Assembly: GCA_020060805.1 (NCBI GenBank)
Contig: JAGUZM010000005.1
Coordinates: 1-24,452 of the forward strand
Origin: Deltaproteobacteria bacterium
Lineage (GTDB): Bacteria; Desulfobacterota; DSM-4660; Desulfatiglandales; HGW-15
DNA: 24,452 bases
Reading direction: 5' to 3'
In this document: positions 7,476 through 15,820 of the stretch, one piece after another
How the letters are laid out: the number at the start of each line of letters is the position of its first letter
Position numbering within the stretch: position 1 is the stretch's first letter
Notes under the pieces: model-generated
Database searches by the model: none
What the model saw: the letters and a program-made list of their open reading frames with translations, nothing else
What the model was told of the DNA's origin: nothing
Position numbers and translations under genes: made by a program

Positions 7476-8912
7476 ATGATGATGATGTACACCACTGAAA
7501 GAGACCATCTCACAATAATGAAAGAGGCACTCGGCGCCTATGGGTTTTCTCGGCTGATATCCCTTGCGCTTCGTTTCTTTGTACGAAACGCGTACGAGAG
7601 CCTGGTCATTACGGACAAGGAGGGGCGGATCCGCTTCATGGACCGAGGTTCCGAGAAACTTTTCGGGCTGGGCAAGGGTGAGGCATCGGGGCTCGAAATC
7701 GAGGCTCTTCTCCCGGATACCGCACTGCCCAAGGTAATCGAGACGGGTTATCCATCCATCGGGCGAGTCCTTAACGTGAAGGGAGTGAAGAAGATCGGTT
7801 CTTCCTATCCCCTTATCAAGGACGGGGAAGTCATAGGCGCCATAGGTCGCGTGCTTTTTCACTCTCTCGAGGAGGTGGAGCGCATCAACGATAAGATGAA
7901 GATGCTCAGGAGAGAAGTACGGACTTTGCGTCAAAGGTCGCAGAGTGAGTACAGTGCAGCCTACACCTTCCAGAATATTTTGGGAAAGAGTCCCGGAATC
8001 AAGAACTGTATTGCGATGTCCAAGAAGATTGCCATCGTCCAATCCGACGTGCTGATTTCAGGCGAAAGCGGGACAGGGAAAGAGCTCTTTGCGCAAGCTA
8101 TCCACAATTTCAGCGGATCCGACAGGCCTTTTGTGCGTGTCAACTGTCCGGCTATTCCTTTTGAGCTCGCTGAATCAGAACTCTTCGGATACGAGAAGGG
8201 GGCTTTTTCGGGTGCCGACCGGGAGGGCAGGAAAGGTAAATTCGAGGCCGCCGAAAATGGGACCGTATTCCTGGATGAAATCAATTCGCTCCCCCTTTCC
8301 ATTCAAGGAAAACTTCTCCGTGTCATTCAGGAGCGAGAAGTGGAAAAGGTAGGAAGCACGAGAACGAAGAAGCTCGATATCAGGATTATTGCAGCTACCA
8401 ACACTGACTTGAAGAAGGCCGTAAGCGCCGGATCTTTCCGGGAAGACCTGTACTATCGAATTGCAAGAACAAGTATCCACATTCCTCCCCTGAGAGAACG
8501 AAAGGAGGATATCGCTATTTACGCAGAGCACTTCCTGGTTTCGATAAATAGGCGGTTTGGAACACATTTCAATAAAATCTCGGATGACGCCCTTGCTTGC
8601 CTGAAACAATACTCTTGGCCGGGAAACATTCGAGCTCTCATCAACGTCCTTGAGCAAGCATGCCTAAGAGAATGGGAAGGGGACGAGATTCCGTTGTCGG
8701 CGCTTCCAGATGATCTGACATCGGACTACCGGAGGGACGAACCGGTTCGAGGCAATCGTCTCAGAACCACTCTTGAAAAACAGGAAATGGAGTTAATTAT
8801 TCAGACTCTTAATCGGGTGAAGGGGAATAAGAGACAAGCGGCAGTTCTGCTCGGAATACCGAGATCGAGTCTCTATAACAAGTTAAATTTCTACGGCAAG
8901 CTAAAAGATTAG
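7476..8912 (+). CDS. PAS domain-containing sigma54-interacting transcriptional activator with Fis-type HTH (regulator 1)
   Basis: PAS-like N-terminus (SLVITDKEGRIRFMDRGSEKLFGLGKGE), Walker A GESGTGKELFA, GAFSGA loop, VFLDEINSLP, C-terminal NKRQAAVLLGIPRSSLYNKL. The track ORF begins with TTG at 7392; a start among the ATGs at 7476-7485 (GAGG just upstream) is more likely. Confidence 0.92.
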   Translation: MMMMYTTERDHLTIMKEALGAYGFSRLISLALRFFVRNAYESLVITDKEGRIRFMDRGSEKLFGLGKGEASGLEIEALLPDTALPKVIETGYPSIGRVLNVKGVKKIGSSYPLIKDGEVIGAIGRVLFHSLEEVERINDKMKMLRREVRTLRQRSQSEYSAAYTFQNILGKSPGIKNCIAMSKKIAIVQSDVLISGESGTGKELFAQAIHNFSGSDRPFVRVNCPAIPFELAESELFGYEKGAFSGADREGRKGKFEAAENGTVFLDEINSLPLSIQGKLLRVIQEREVEKVGSTRTKKLDIRIIAATNTDLKKAVSAGSFREDLYYRIARTSIHIPPLRERKEDIAIYAEHFLVSINRRFGTHFNKISDDALACLKQYSWPGNIRALINVLEQACLREWEGDEIPLSALPDDLTSDYRRDEPVRGNRLRTTLEKQEMELIIQTLNRVKGNKRQAAVLLGIPRSSLYNKLNFYGKLKD

Positions 8913-8924
8913 CCTGTTTTCGCA

Positions 8925-10841
8925 TCATGTCGTGGCCGCGGCGCTGCACCTTTTTACATATTCCGCGACTACTAGTGGAATCGCTATAGCGATTCCGACC
9001 GCGTCGAAAATCAAACCAGGGATGATCATGACACCCCCGCCGCAGAAAAAGATCATCCGCTTGGGCCAGGAGAGCGAGCGGAACAGATAGCCTTCAAGGC
9101 CCATTGATATCACGTAAATGCCAGCAATCGCGCTCACGGCTCCCTCCACAATGTCGAAAAGCGACCCCTGGAGCAGCAGGGCGGGGCGATATGCGAATAT
9201 GAATGGGATAATATATGCAGCAATCCCGAGTTTCATCGATTGCAGTGCGGTCTTGAACATACTTGCTCCGGCAAGCGAGGCTGCAGCATAAGCCGCCAGG
9301 CAGACCGGGGGCGTCAGAAAGGAGAGGATTGCGTAATAAAAAACGAAGAAATGCGCTATTAATCCAGGAATTCCGGAGTCGACCAGGGCGGGGGCGATGA
9401 GGACCACCATCAGCAGGTATGCGGCGGTGACTGTCATCCCCATCCCCAGGATGCTTGCACCGATGGCCGCAAACAGCAGGAGCAGAAAAACATTTCCTCC
9501 TGCCAAAGATACCAACATGTCGGAAAATATGAAACCGAGTCCGGTGATGCTCAAGACGCCGATGATAATGCCTGCCCCGGCACTCGTGACCCCTACTTCC
9601 AAAAGCCCCCTTCCAGTATCACGAAGGACCGAAAGAGCTTTGGTCCATGTCACGCCTTGATGTCTCGCAAAGCAGAGGCCCAATGCGAGAGACCCCCCGG
9701 CCGTAATGAGACCGGAGCTCTCCGGCTCCCAGCCAAAGAAGAAAAGCAAGCCGATCAGCACTAGGAATGGCAGAACAAATGTCCAGCCTTTCAACACGAC
9801 CCTCCAGAAATTTGGGATCTGCTCAGATGGCATGCCTTTGAGATCGAGCTTAGCCGCCCTTAAGTCAACCTGAATGAACACCGCAAGGTAGTAGAGAGTC
9901 GCTGGGATAATCGCCGCGATGGCGATCTCCGAGTAGGGGATGTTAAGAAATGTGGCCATCAGGAAGGCCGCCGCCCCCATGATGGGAGGCATGATCTGAC
10001 CGCCGGTAGAAGCGACAGCCTCGACGGCGCCGGCGAAATAGGGGGGGTAGCCTGATCTTTTCATCAGTGGGATCGTAAACACCCCCGTCGTCACCACATT
10101 GGCTACGGCGCTCCCCGAAATGGAGCCAAACAGGCTCGATGCGATGACCGCCACCTTGGCCGGACCACCCCTGTATCTCCCCATCAAAGAAAAGGCGATG
10201 TCTATGAAAACCTTCCCGCCGCCTATAACCGAAAGCACTTGTCCAAACAACACGAAAACCAGCACTATGGTCGCCGATACATTCAAGGGCACACCGAATA
10301 TCCCTTGTTCGTCCAGATAGAGAAAGGTGACCAAAGAGGTGAAGGGTATACTTCTCATCCCCAAGATGCCCGGGAAATGAGACGAAAAGAGCGCGTAGAA
10401 TAGGAAAGGCAACATGATAATCACAAAGGGCAAACCGACGACTCTTCTGGATGACTCAAGGACCAGTAGCACTGCAATGAGGCCGAGTAAGACACGTTCC
10501 TGTGTAATTAGACCCGACTCAACAGCAAGGATCTCGTAATTCACGCTGACATAGAGTCCCGACATGATCGCGAGAATGGCAAAACAAAAATCATACCACG
10601 GCAGCCGATTTAATGCCTTGCCTTTCCTAATGGGGAATAGAAGAAACGAAGCTGCTATCACTAAACCGAAAACTACCCCCAAATATTGCTGAGTAAACAA
10701 GGGAATTTTCACGAATTCGCTAAGATGCAGCATGAAGACGATGCCGCTTATAGGGATGAGGGCGAGAACGAAGTCGGTCAAACCCCCAGCCCATCCTTTG
10801 AGTCTCCGAAAAGAAGTCTCCACGCCCTTCCTTTCACTCAT
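8925..10841 (-). CDS. TRAP transporter fused permease (4TM/12TM type), 638 aa (permease-1)
   Basis: Long polytopic protein; FGSISGSAVANVVTTGVFTIPLMKRSGYPPYFAGAVEAVASTGGQIMPPIMGAAAFLMA is characteristic of TAXI-associated TRAP fused permeases; upstream gene encodes a TAXI receptor. Confidence 0.93.
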   Translation of the reverse strand: MSERKGVETSFRRLKGWAGGLTDFVLALIPISGIVFMLHLSEFVKIPLFTQQYLGVVFGLVIAASFLLFPIRKGKALNRLPWYDFCFAILAIMSGLYVSVNYEILAVESGLITQERVLLGLIAVLLVLESSRRVVGLPFVIIMLPFLFYALFSSHFPGILGMRSIPFTSLVTFLYLDEQGIFGVPLNVSATIVLVFVLFGQVLSVIGGGKVFIDIAFSLMGRYRGGPAKVAVIASSLFGSISGSAVANVVTTGVFTIPLMKRSGYPPYFAGAVEAVASTGGQIMPPIMGAAAFLMATFLNIPYSEIAIAAIIPATLYYLAVFIQVDLRAAKLDLKGMPSEQIPNFWRVVLKGWTFVLPFLVLIGLLFFFGWEPESSGLITAGGSLALGLCFARHQGVTWTKALSVLRDTGRGLLEVGVTSAGAGIIIGVLSITGLGFIFSDMLVSLAGGNVFLLLLFAAIGASILGMGMTVTAAYLLMVVLIAPALVDSGIPGLIAHFFVFYYAILSFLTPPVCLAAYAAASLAGASMFKTALQSMKLGIAAYIIPFIFAYRPALLLQGSLFDIVEGAVSAIAGIYVISMGLEGYLFRSLSWPKRMIFFCGGGVMIIPGLIFDAVGIAIAIPLVVAEYVKRCSAAATT

Positions 10842-10892
10842 ATCTCCACCTCTTTGCGTCGGTGACTACGTAAGCGATAACCTTATTGTTTG

Positions 10893-11921
10893 CTATTTCT
10901 GTTCCTTCTTCAGGAGTTCCTCCTGAATGTTTGCCATTTCTTTGGTCCAGACGCCCTTTTCTTTGAAAAGCCTCACCGCCCCGGGGTGATAGGGAACAAT
11001 GAACTGGTTGGTAAGAAAGATCTCGGGCTTCCACGCTTTCAATCCAGCATGGATTTTCCCAAGCTCCTGATGATGATCCCAGAGGATCTTCATCACGTCG
11101 TACACCTTATCGTCAGGGTAGTTTGACCTGCAAATCAGGTAGATATCGTACCCCCACAAATAGCCTTCCTTTTCAATTCCGGTGTTCCCCGGACCAGGGG
11201 CGACTTTGACAGGATAGCCCGGGAAGAATTGTCGGGTACGGGCCAAAGCCTCCTGGGAAGTATCGAATTGAAGAAGGCGAGCCCCCTTCTTCGCATGGAG
11301 TTCATCGATGATAGGCATGCCCAGCGCTGCCGCCCCGCTCGCATCAGCCCGTCCGTCGATTACCACCGCCACGGCCTCCTGGACCGAATTGACCGGCACA
11401 GGTGTCACTTCGCTCCACTTGACTCCACCATTAGCCAGATACGCCTCTATTTGCAGTTGAAGAGATGGTACAGGCATGTTGCCGCCGACCCGCTTTCCCT
11501 TAAGGTCAGAATAGGAGAAGATACCGGAATCTTTCGCCACGACCAGACATCCAAGGTTATTCACGCTTATGGCAACCAAACGGACCGGAAAACCTTTACC
11601 CCCCGACAGCTTGGAGTAGACCGATTCGCCCAGCCAACTCTTCTCTGCATCCCACATATTGAGAACGCCCAGATCAATGCTGTCCCGTTCCATGAACGGG
11701 AGCCATGCCACAGGCCCTTTCATAGGTTTTACTGTGGGGACAACATCAGAGTGATCGGAAACTACTTTTGCAACCGCAGTTCCTACTACGTTGAAAAAGG
11801 AACCGACCGGATGTGTCCCGATGCTCATGAATTCTTTTGCGGGTGCCGACTCTGCTCCAAGTACCCAAGCAAGACAAAGAAGGGTAGCCATTATGATCAA
11901 GAACTTCACATTCCTTTTCAT
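10893..11921 (-). CDS. TAXI-family TRAP transporter solute-binding receptor, 342 aa (TAXI-1)
   Basis: Signal peptide; FMSIGTHPVGSFFNVVGTAVAKVVSD, GKRVGGNMPVPSLQLQIEAYLANGGV; upstream of the fused permease; GGAG ribosome-binding site. Confidence 0.92.
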   Translation of the reverse strand: MKRNVKFLIIMATLLCLAWVLGAESAPAKEFMSIGTHPVGSFFNVVGTAVAKVVSDHSDVVPTVKPMKGPVAWLPFMERDSIDLGVLNMWDAEKSWLGESVYSKLSGGKGFPVRLVAISVNNLGCLVVAKDSGIFSYSDLKGKRVGGNMPVPSLQLQIEAYLANGGVKWSEVTPVPVNSVQEAVAVVIDGRADASGAAALGMPIIDELHAKKGARLLQFDTSQEALARTRQFFPGYPVKVAPGPGNTGIEKEGYLWGYDIYLICRSNYPDDKVYDVMKILWDHHQELGKIHAGLKAWKPEIFLTNQFIVPYHPGAVRLFKEKGVWTKEMANIQEELLKKEQK

Positions 11922-11998
11922 GGTCGTGCTCCTTTCCAGTTTAAGGTGAAAACCTATCTCCCCGGGATTCGGTCTTCCTCAGATCTTCGCTTGAACAA

Positions 11999-12014
11999 AG
12001 CAAAATACTTGCCA
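11999..12014 (-). promoter_or_regulatory. Sigma54 (-24/-12) promoter for TAXI-1/permease-1: TGGCAA-GTATT-TTGCT
   Basis: Minus-strand reading TGGCAAGTATTTTGCT; exact GG-N10-GC spacing; ~80 bp upstream of the TAXI-1 start. Confidence 0.72.
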
Positions 12015-12136
12015 CTCCGCGGCTTATCAAAGGCATTCGTCACGAATAGGCAGGGAAACTGTTTAAAAACAGCCATGAGATAGAAAATGCCCTCTTCAAA
12101 GCTTGCATTTCTGTATCTGAAGCGGACGCATGCCTT

Positions 12137-12159
12137 TGGACATGTCCATGCATTGGACA
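12137..12159. promoter_or_regulatory. Putative activator-binding site (UAS) B: minus-strand TGTCCAATGCATGGACATGTCCA
   Basis: TGTCCA-N5-TGGACA plus overlapping TGGACATGTCCA, the same three-half-site layout as site A; ~125-160 bp upstream of the TAXI-1 sigma54 promoter. Confidence 0.7.
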
Positions 12160-12382
12160 CCTGTTTTCGAATCGGTCTCGCAATAAGCCCACCCGGCAGA
12201 ACCGAACTTCACCACGACTTCGTTGGTATTGGTCCTTTGTCCAGTTGCTTTTCAGAATCGTCTCAACGCTTCGTCAATTGCTAGTCCGCGCGCCCTCTTG
12301 CCTTAGAACAGACATATTCTGAAGAGATCGTCGGCTCAACTTTGACGAATTCGTAAAAAGTCGAAAATGCGCTTTTTCAGTC

Positions 12383-12446
12383 ATCCCGGTGAAAACCGGG
12401 ATCCAGTGATTTCAAGAACTTCCGGATGCCGGATCAAGTCCGGCAT
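12383..12446. repeat. REP-like double hairpin inside the first repeat element
   Basis: ATCCCGGT-gaaa-ACCGGGAT (12383-12402) and ATGCCGGA-tcaag-TCCGGCAT (12426-12446), both perfect 8-bp stems. Confidence 0.75.
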
Positions 12447-12511
12447 GACGGCCTCAGGACTTTTTACGAGATTGTCAACTTTGATGCTCCCGTAAAAAGT
12501 CCGGCGCGTCC

Positions 12512-12549
12512 ATTCCGTTCATGGTTCGATACCTCACCACGAACGGAAT
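12512..12549. repeat. Palindromic repeat in the second element: ATTCCGTTC...GAACGGAAT
   Basis: Perfect 9-bp arms (13/14 when extended to ATTCCGTTCATGGT/ACCACGAACGGAAT); a related imperfect palindrome, CCGTTCCCCCTGAGGTATCGAAGGGTGAACGG, lies at 12574-12605. Confidence 0.7.
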
Positions 12550-12671
12550 ATCATACACTTACGGCTGTTTAGTCCGTTCCCCCTGAGGTATCGAAGGGTG
12601 AACGGGACTTTTTACGGGGCCTCAACTTTGATGTTTTGCGCTTTTTTATATGAAAATTACTCCATGTCTTT

Positions 12672-12687
12672 AGGCATGGTCTTTGCT
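12672..12687 (+). promoter_or_regulatory. Possible sigma54 promoter for ubiX: AGGCAT-GGTCT-TTGCT
   Basis: Exact GG-N10-GC spacing and a good -12 element (TTTGCT); the -24 element deviates (AGGCAT). About 195 bp upstream of the ubiX start. Confidence 0.42.
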
Positions 12688-12882
12688 GAACGGTTACATG
12701 TGGTGGAGCGGAGATGTGGATATCATCTCACTCTCACGCCGCTCATGATAGAATCGCAATTGATCAGCGAATGGCAAAGAAACTCGACCTACATGGTTGG
12801 ATACATTGCTTAAGCACGAGCACTTTAGACGCGGTCATAAAGCTATTGACGCTACACCAAAACGGTTTCCAAGGAGAATATA

Positions 12883-13470
12883 ATGGGAAAACGGATCGTG
12901 ATCGGATTATCCGGAGCAAGCGGGATGATATATGGCATACAGTTATTAAAGGTACTTAAGAACATTGAAATTGAAACGCACCTCATTATGTCAGAATCCG
13001 GCATGAGGAACCTTCAAATCGAGACTTCCTTTACTCCTTCTGAGGTTGCTGCTATGGCTGATTTCACATATGACAACAGAGATGTAGGCGCAGCTCTTGC
13101 GAGTGGATCATTTTTGACAGAAGGAATGGTGATTGCTCCATGCACCATAAAGAGTTTGTCTGGGATCGCCAATTCTTATTGTGAAAATCTGCTAGTAAGA
13201 GCTGCAGACGTCACACTTAAAGAAAAGAGAAAACTGGTTCTGCTGGTAAGAGAAACCCCTTTGCACATAGGACATCTGAGGTTAATGACTAGGGCCGCAG
13301 AAATGGGTGCGCATATATTGCCCCCTGTGCCCGCTTTCTATCACCGGCCAAAAACGATTGATGATTTGATCAATCAGACTGTGGGAAAGGTACTTGATTT
13401 TCTGGAGATTAGGCACGACCTATTTACTAGATGGGGGGAAGAGTCTCAAAGTGGGAAATCAAGACAATAA
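12883..13470 (+). CDS. ubiX: UbiX-family flavin prenyltransferase, 195 aa
   Basis: RIVIGLSGASGMIYGIQLLKVL, LIMSESGMRNL, APCTIKSLSGIANSYCENLLVRAADVTLKEKRKLVLLVRETPLHIGHLRLM, ILPPVPAFYHRPKTIDDLINQTVGKVLD are diagnostic UbiX/Pad1 motifs. Confidence 0.96.
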   Translation: MGKRIVIGLSGASGMIYGIQLLKVLKNIEIETHLIMSESGMRNLQIETSFTPSEVAAMADFTYDNRDVGAALASGSFLTEGMVIAPCTIKSLSGIANSYCENLLVRAADVTLKEKRKLVLLVRETPLHIGHLRLMTRAAEMGAHILPPVPAFYHRPKTIDDLINQTVGKVLDFLEIRHDLFTRWGEESQSGKSRQ

Positions 13471-13533
13471 TCTTGTAAAAGGAAATCAGGAGCAGCTTCG
13501 ACGATGATGGGGTTTTGAGTCTTAAAAAAATGT

Positions 13534-14523
13534 CTATAGATGTAATAACCTTTTCGCGTTTCCCTCGAAAATCATTTTCTTGTGATCCTCGGGGATGGTA
13601 ATCGTATTTATTGCATCGATCGTTAGCCGCAGGTACCTGGCTCCACACTCGCAGTCATATGGCATATCTGTTCCAAATAGCATATGCTCAGATCCAAAGA
13701 AGGCATATCCGCACATAAGACTGTTTGGTGCTCCATAGAGGGCGGTGTCGCCATAAAACCTGCGAAAATACTCTATTGGAGGTTTGTTGAGATGTTTTTT
13801 GAATTTCGCTCCGAGGCAAACGTCTGCAAAATCCTGACCGCCTGCCATACGATCCGCAAAGTAGGGTAGCATGCCCCCACAGTGATGGGTTATGATCTTC
13901 AAGTTGGGATATTTCTCCATGATCCCGCTAAAAACAAGCCTTGTCATTGCCGAAGTTGTTTCATAGGGCCAGCCAAACATGCTGAAGATCCAGTACTTGG
14001 AATGATCTTCACTCCTGTAATCGGAGAAGCTTCGATCCCTTTGAGGGTGAATCCAGATTGGAAGGTCGTATTGTGACATTTTGTCGTAAAGCGGGAGAAA
14101 CTCTTTTTGATCTATCGGTTTGTCGTTTGTGGGCGTATATATCTGCACACCCTTAAAGTTTAGTTGAGTGATAGCTCTATCGAGTTCCTTTAAAGCGGCA
14201 TCGATATCGTTCATAGGAAGGCAGGCTACTGCGGCTACAAAGCGCCGAGGATATTTGGCTACCAGCTCTGCCATTTCATCATTTGCGAGTTTTGCGAGCT
14301 CAACTGCTTCCTTATCTCCGACGACGGATTCGATGGGAGGAGAAGCCAGGGTCAAAACCTGTCTGAGCCCGTCGAACTCATCAACAATGCCAAACCATCT
14401 GTCCAAATCCCACAGGGTGGGGACCGCGTCATCCACCCCGCGCAGGTAATAGTCACTTCGCGCTTTTCGATCGAGAGCATTCTTATAGTTGATGGGTAGA
14501 ATGTGGGCGTAGATATCTATCAT
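13534..14523 (-). CDS. Amidohydrolase-2 family protein (ACMSD-like decarboxylase/hydrolase), ~329 aa
   Basis: MIDIYAHILP, LPIWIHPQRDRSF, NLKIITHHCGGMLPYFADRM, HMLFGTDMPYDCE. The track ORF starts at 14589; ATG at 14523 (MIDIYAH) fits the usual family N-terminus. Confidence 0.88.
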   Translation of the reverse strand: MIDIYAHILPINYKNALDRKARSDYYLRGVDDAVPTLWDLDRWFGIVDEFDGLRQVLTLASPPIESVVGDKEAVELAKLANDEMAELVAKYPRRFVAAVACLPMNDIDAALKELDRAITQLNFKGVQIYTPTNDKPIDQKEFLPLYDKMSQYDLPIWIHPQRDRSFSDYRSEDHSKYWIFSMFGWPYETTSAMTRLVFSGIMEKYPNLKIITHHCGGMLPYFADRMAGGQDFADVCLGAKFKKHLNKPPIEYFRRFYGDTALYGAPNSLMCGYAFFGSEHMLFGTDMPYDCECGARYLRLTIDAINTITIPEDHKKMIFEGNAKRLLHL

Positions 14524-14625
14524 AAATTTCGGAATCTCCGCTTGCTTTTTCAATCCGAGGCTTAATTCAGCTGCATTTCTTCGAGGCAATCATGAGCACG
14601 GTGCGGCTCCGTTCTACATGTATAA

Positions 14626-15759
14626 TCAATCCATTCTTTCCTGGATACATCCGAACGGCTCACGTTTGATCAATGCTTCAAAACACTTGTTGCAGGAGAC
14701 GCACTTCGCTTTGTGCGCGGGATCTCTTTGCCATTCGGTGATCAGTTGTGGTTCTCTTATAAGAGGACGTGAAAGCGAAATGAGATCAGCGTCTCCCGTT
14801 TCAATGATTTCTTCCATGAGACTGAAAGACCTCAAACCGCCTACTATCATAATAGGCACATTCACTTTGGGCCGAACTTCTTTACACCATGGCCTGAAAT
14901 ATGCCTCCCGATCACGCGCGGTGATCTGTGTGCGGAACTCTGATTTTGAATACCCTTTGCCCCGTAGTCCAAGGCTGATCTCCAATGCCGTATATCCGGA
15001 TTCCGCAAGGAGTCGGCACGCCTGCCGACCTTCTTCAAAGCTGAGTCCTCCCGGCCGACCGTCTTGTACCCCGATTTTGATCATCACGGGGTAGTCCCCG
15101 CCTGTCGATGCCACAATTTGACGATAGATCTCGAGATGTATCCGGAGGCGGTTTTCGAGACTCCCTCCCCACGAATCGGTTCGCCGATTTGTCAATGGTG
15201 AAAGAAATTGGCTCAAGAGATAACCGTGGGCGGCATGGATCTGCACAGCATCAAAGCCGCTCGCCCTGGCCCTTACCGCGGCTTCGCCGAAAGCGTGAAC
15301 TACCGTAGAGATGTGATCTTCAGTCATGACCTGGTAGGAGTTTGGGTCGAGCAAATCATCTTCAATTCGTGAAGGCGAAAGCGCCGACTGATCTTTAGAC
15401 TTTATGAACTTCACCCTCTCAATGCCGGCATGAAATAGTTGAGCCGCTATTTTCGCTCCGAAATTATGAACCTTGGATGTCAATTCCCTGAAACTTGGGA
15501 TGCAGTCATCCTTAGCCAGGGAGTTCTGAAAACCGGATATCCTTCCTGAAGGGTGCACATAGGTAATCCCTGTGATAATCAGGCCCACCCCGCCGCTTGC
15601 CAGATCGGAGCAAATCTTTAATTGCTCCGCTGAGACACAGCCGTTTCTCTCGGCCGAGCCATCGTATGTGGCAGACCTTACAAAACGGTTTCGCAAAACC
15701 AAACCACCGATCGGGAATGGCTGAAAAATCTTGTTCAATGGAGATCCCCCCTTTTTCAT
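14626..15759 (-). CDS. NADH:flavin oxidoreductase/Old Yellow Enzyme family protein, 377 aa, with C-terminal Cys cluster
   Basis: LFQPF-type N-terminus (KIFQPFPIGGLVLRNRFVRSATYDG), FDAVQIHAAHGYLLSQFLSPLTNRRTDSWGGSLENRLR, LISLSRPLIREPQL, CVSCNKC(X11)C. The start may be the TTG at 15738. Confidence 0.93.
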   Translation of the reverse strand: MKKGGSPLNKIFQPFPIGGLVLRNRFVRSATYDGSAERNGCVSAEQLKICSDLASGGVGLIITGITYVHPSGRISGFQNSLAKDDCIPSFRELTSKVHNFGAKIAAQLFHAGIERVKFIKSKDQSALSPSRIEDDLLDPNSYQVMTEDHISTVVHAFGEAAVRARASGFDAVQIHAAHGYLLSQFLSPLTNRRTDSWGGSLENRLRIHLEIYRQIVASTGGDYPVMIKIGVQDGRPGGLSFEEGRQACRLLAESGYTALEISLGLRGKGYSKSEFRTQITARDREAYFRPWCKEVRPKVNVPIMIVGGLRSFSLMEEIIETGDADLISLSRPLIREPQLITEWQRDPAHKAKCVSCNKCFEALIKREPFGCIQERMD

Positions 15760-15820
15760 TCCATTGTGAGAGACTGTACTGTAGAGAGACTTCTTTGTCG
15801 CTGTTCACGCCATTGCCTGG

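Larger units (their letters stand above)
12337..12633. repeat. Composite intergenic repeat array: three CAACTTTGA(T/C)G units interleaved with two inverted-repeat-bounded elements
   Basis: CAACTTTGACG 12337-12347, CAACTTTGATG 12476-12486 and 12623-12633; inverted termini TCGTAAAAAGTC/GACTTTTTACGA (12351-12362/12458-12469) and CCCGTAAAAAGTCC/GGACTTTTTACGGG (12489-12502/12605-12618). Confidence 0.75.

Noticed and set aside
7407-8657. Minus-strand ORFs 7407..8042 and 8175..8657
   Set aside because: Antisense shadows of the PAS-sigma54 activator; no motifs of their own.
12337-12633. CRISPR array interpretation of the repeated intergenic motifs
   Set aside because: Only three short direct units at ~140-bp spacing, inverted termini, variable palindromic interiors and no cas genes.
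11954-12959. Small ORFs in the TAXI-1/ubiX intergenic region (11954..12160, 12087..12284, 12598..12813, 12714..12959)
   Set aside because: They overlap regulatory sites, repeat elements or ubiX, and no domain or convincing coding signature is visible.
13460-13475. CAAGA...TCTTG hairpin after ubiX as a terminator
   Set aside because: Only a 5-bp AT-rich stem with no U-tract; too weak to call.
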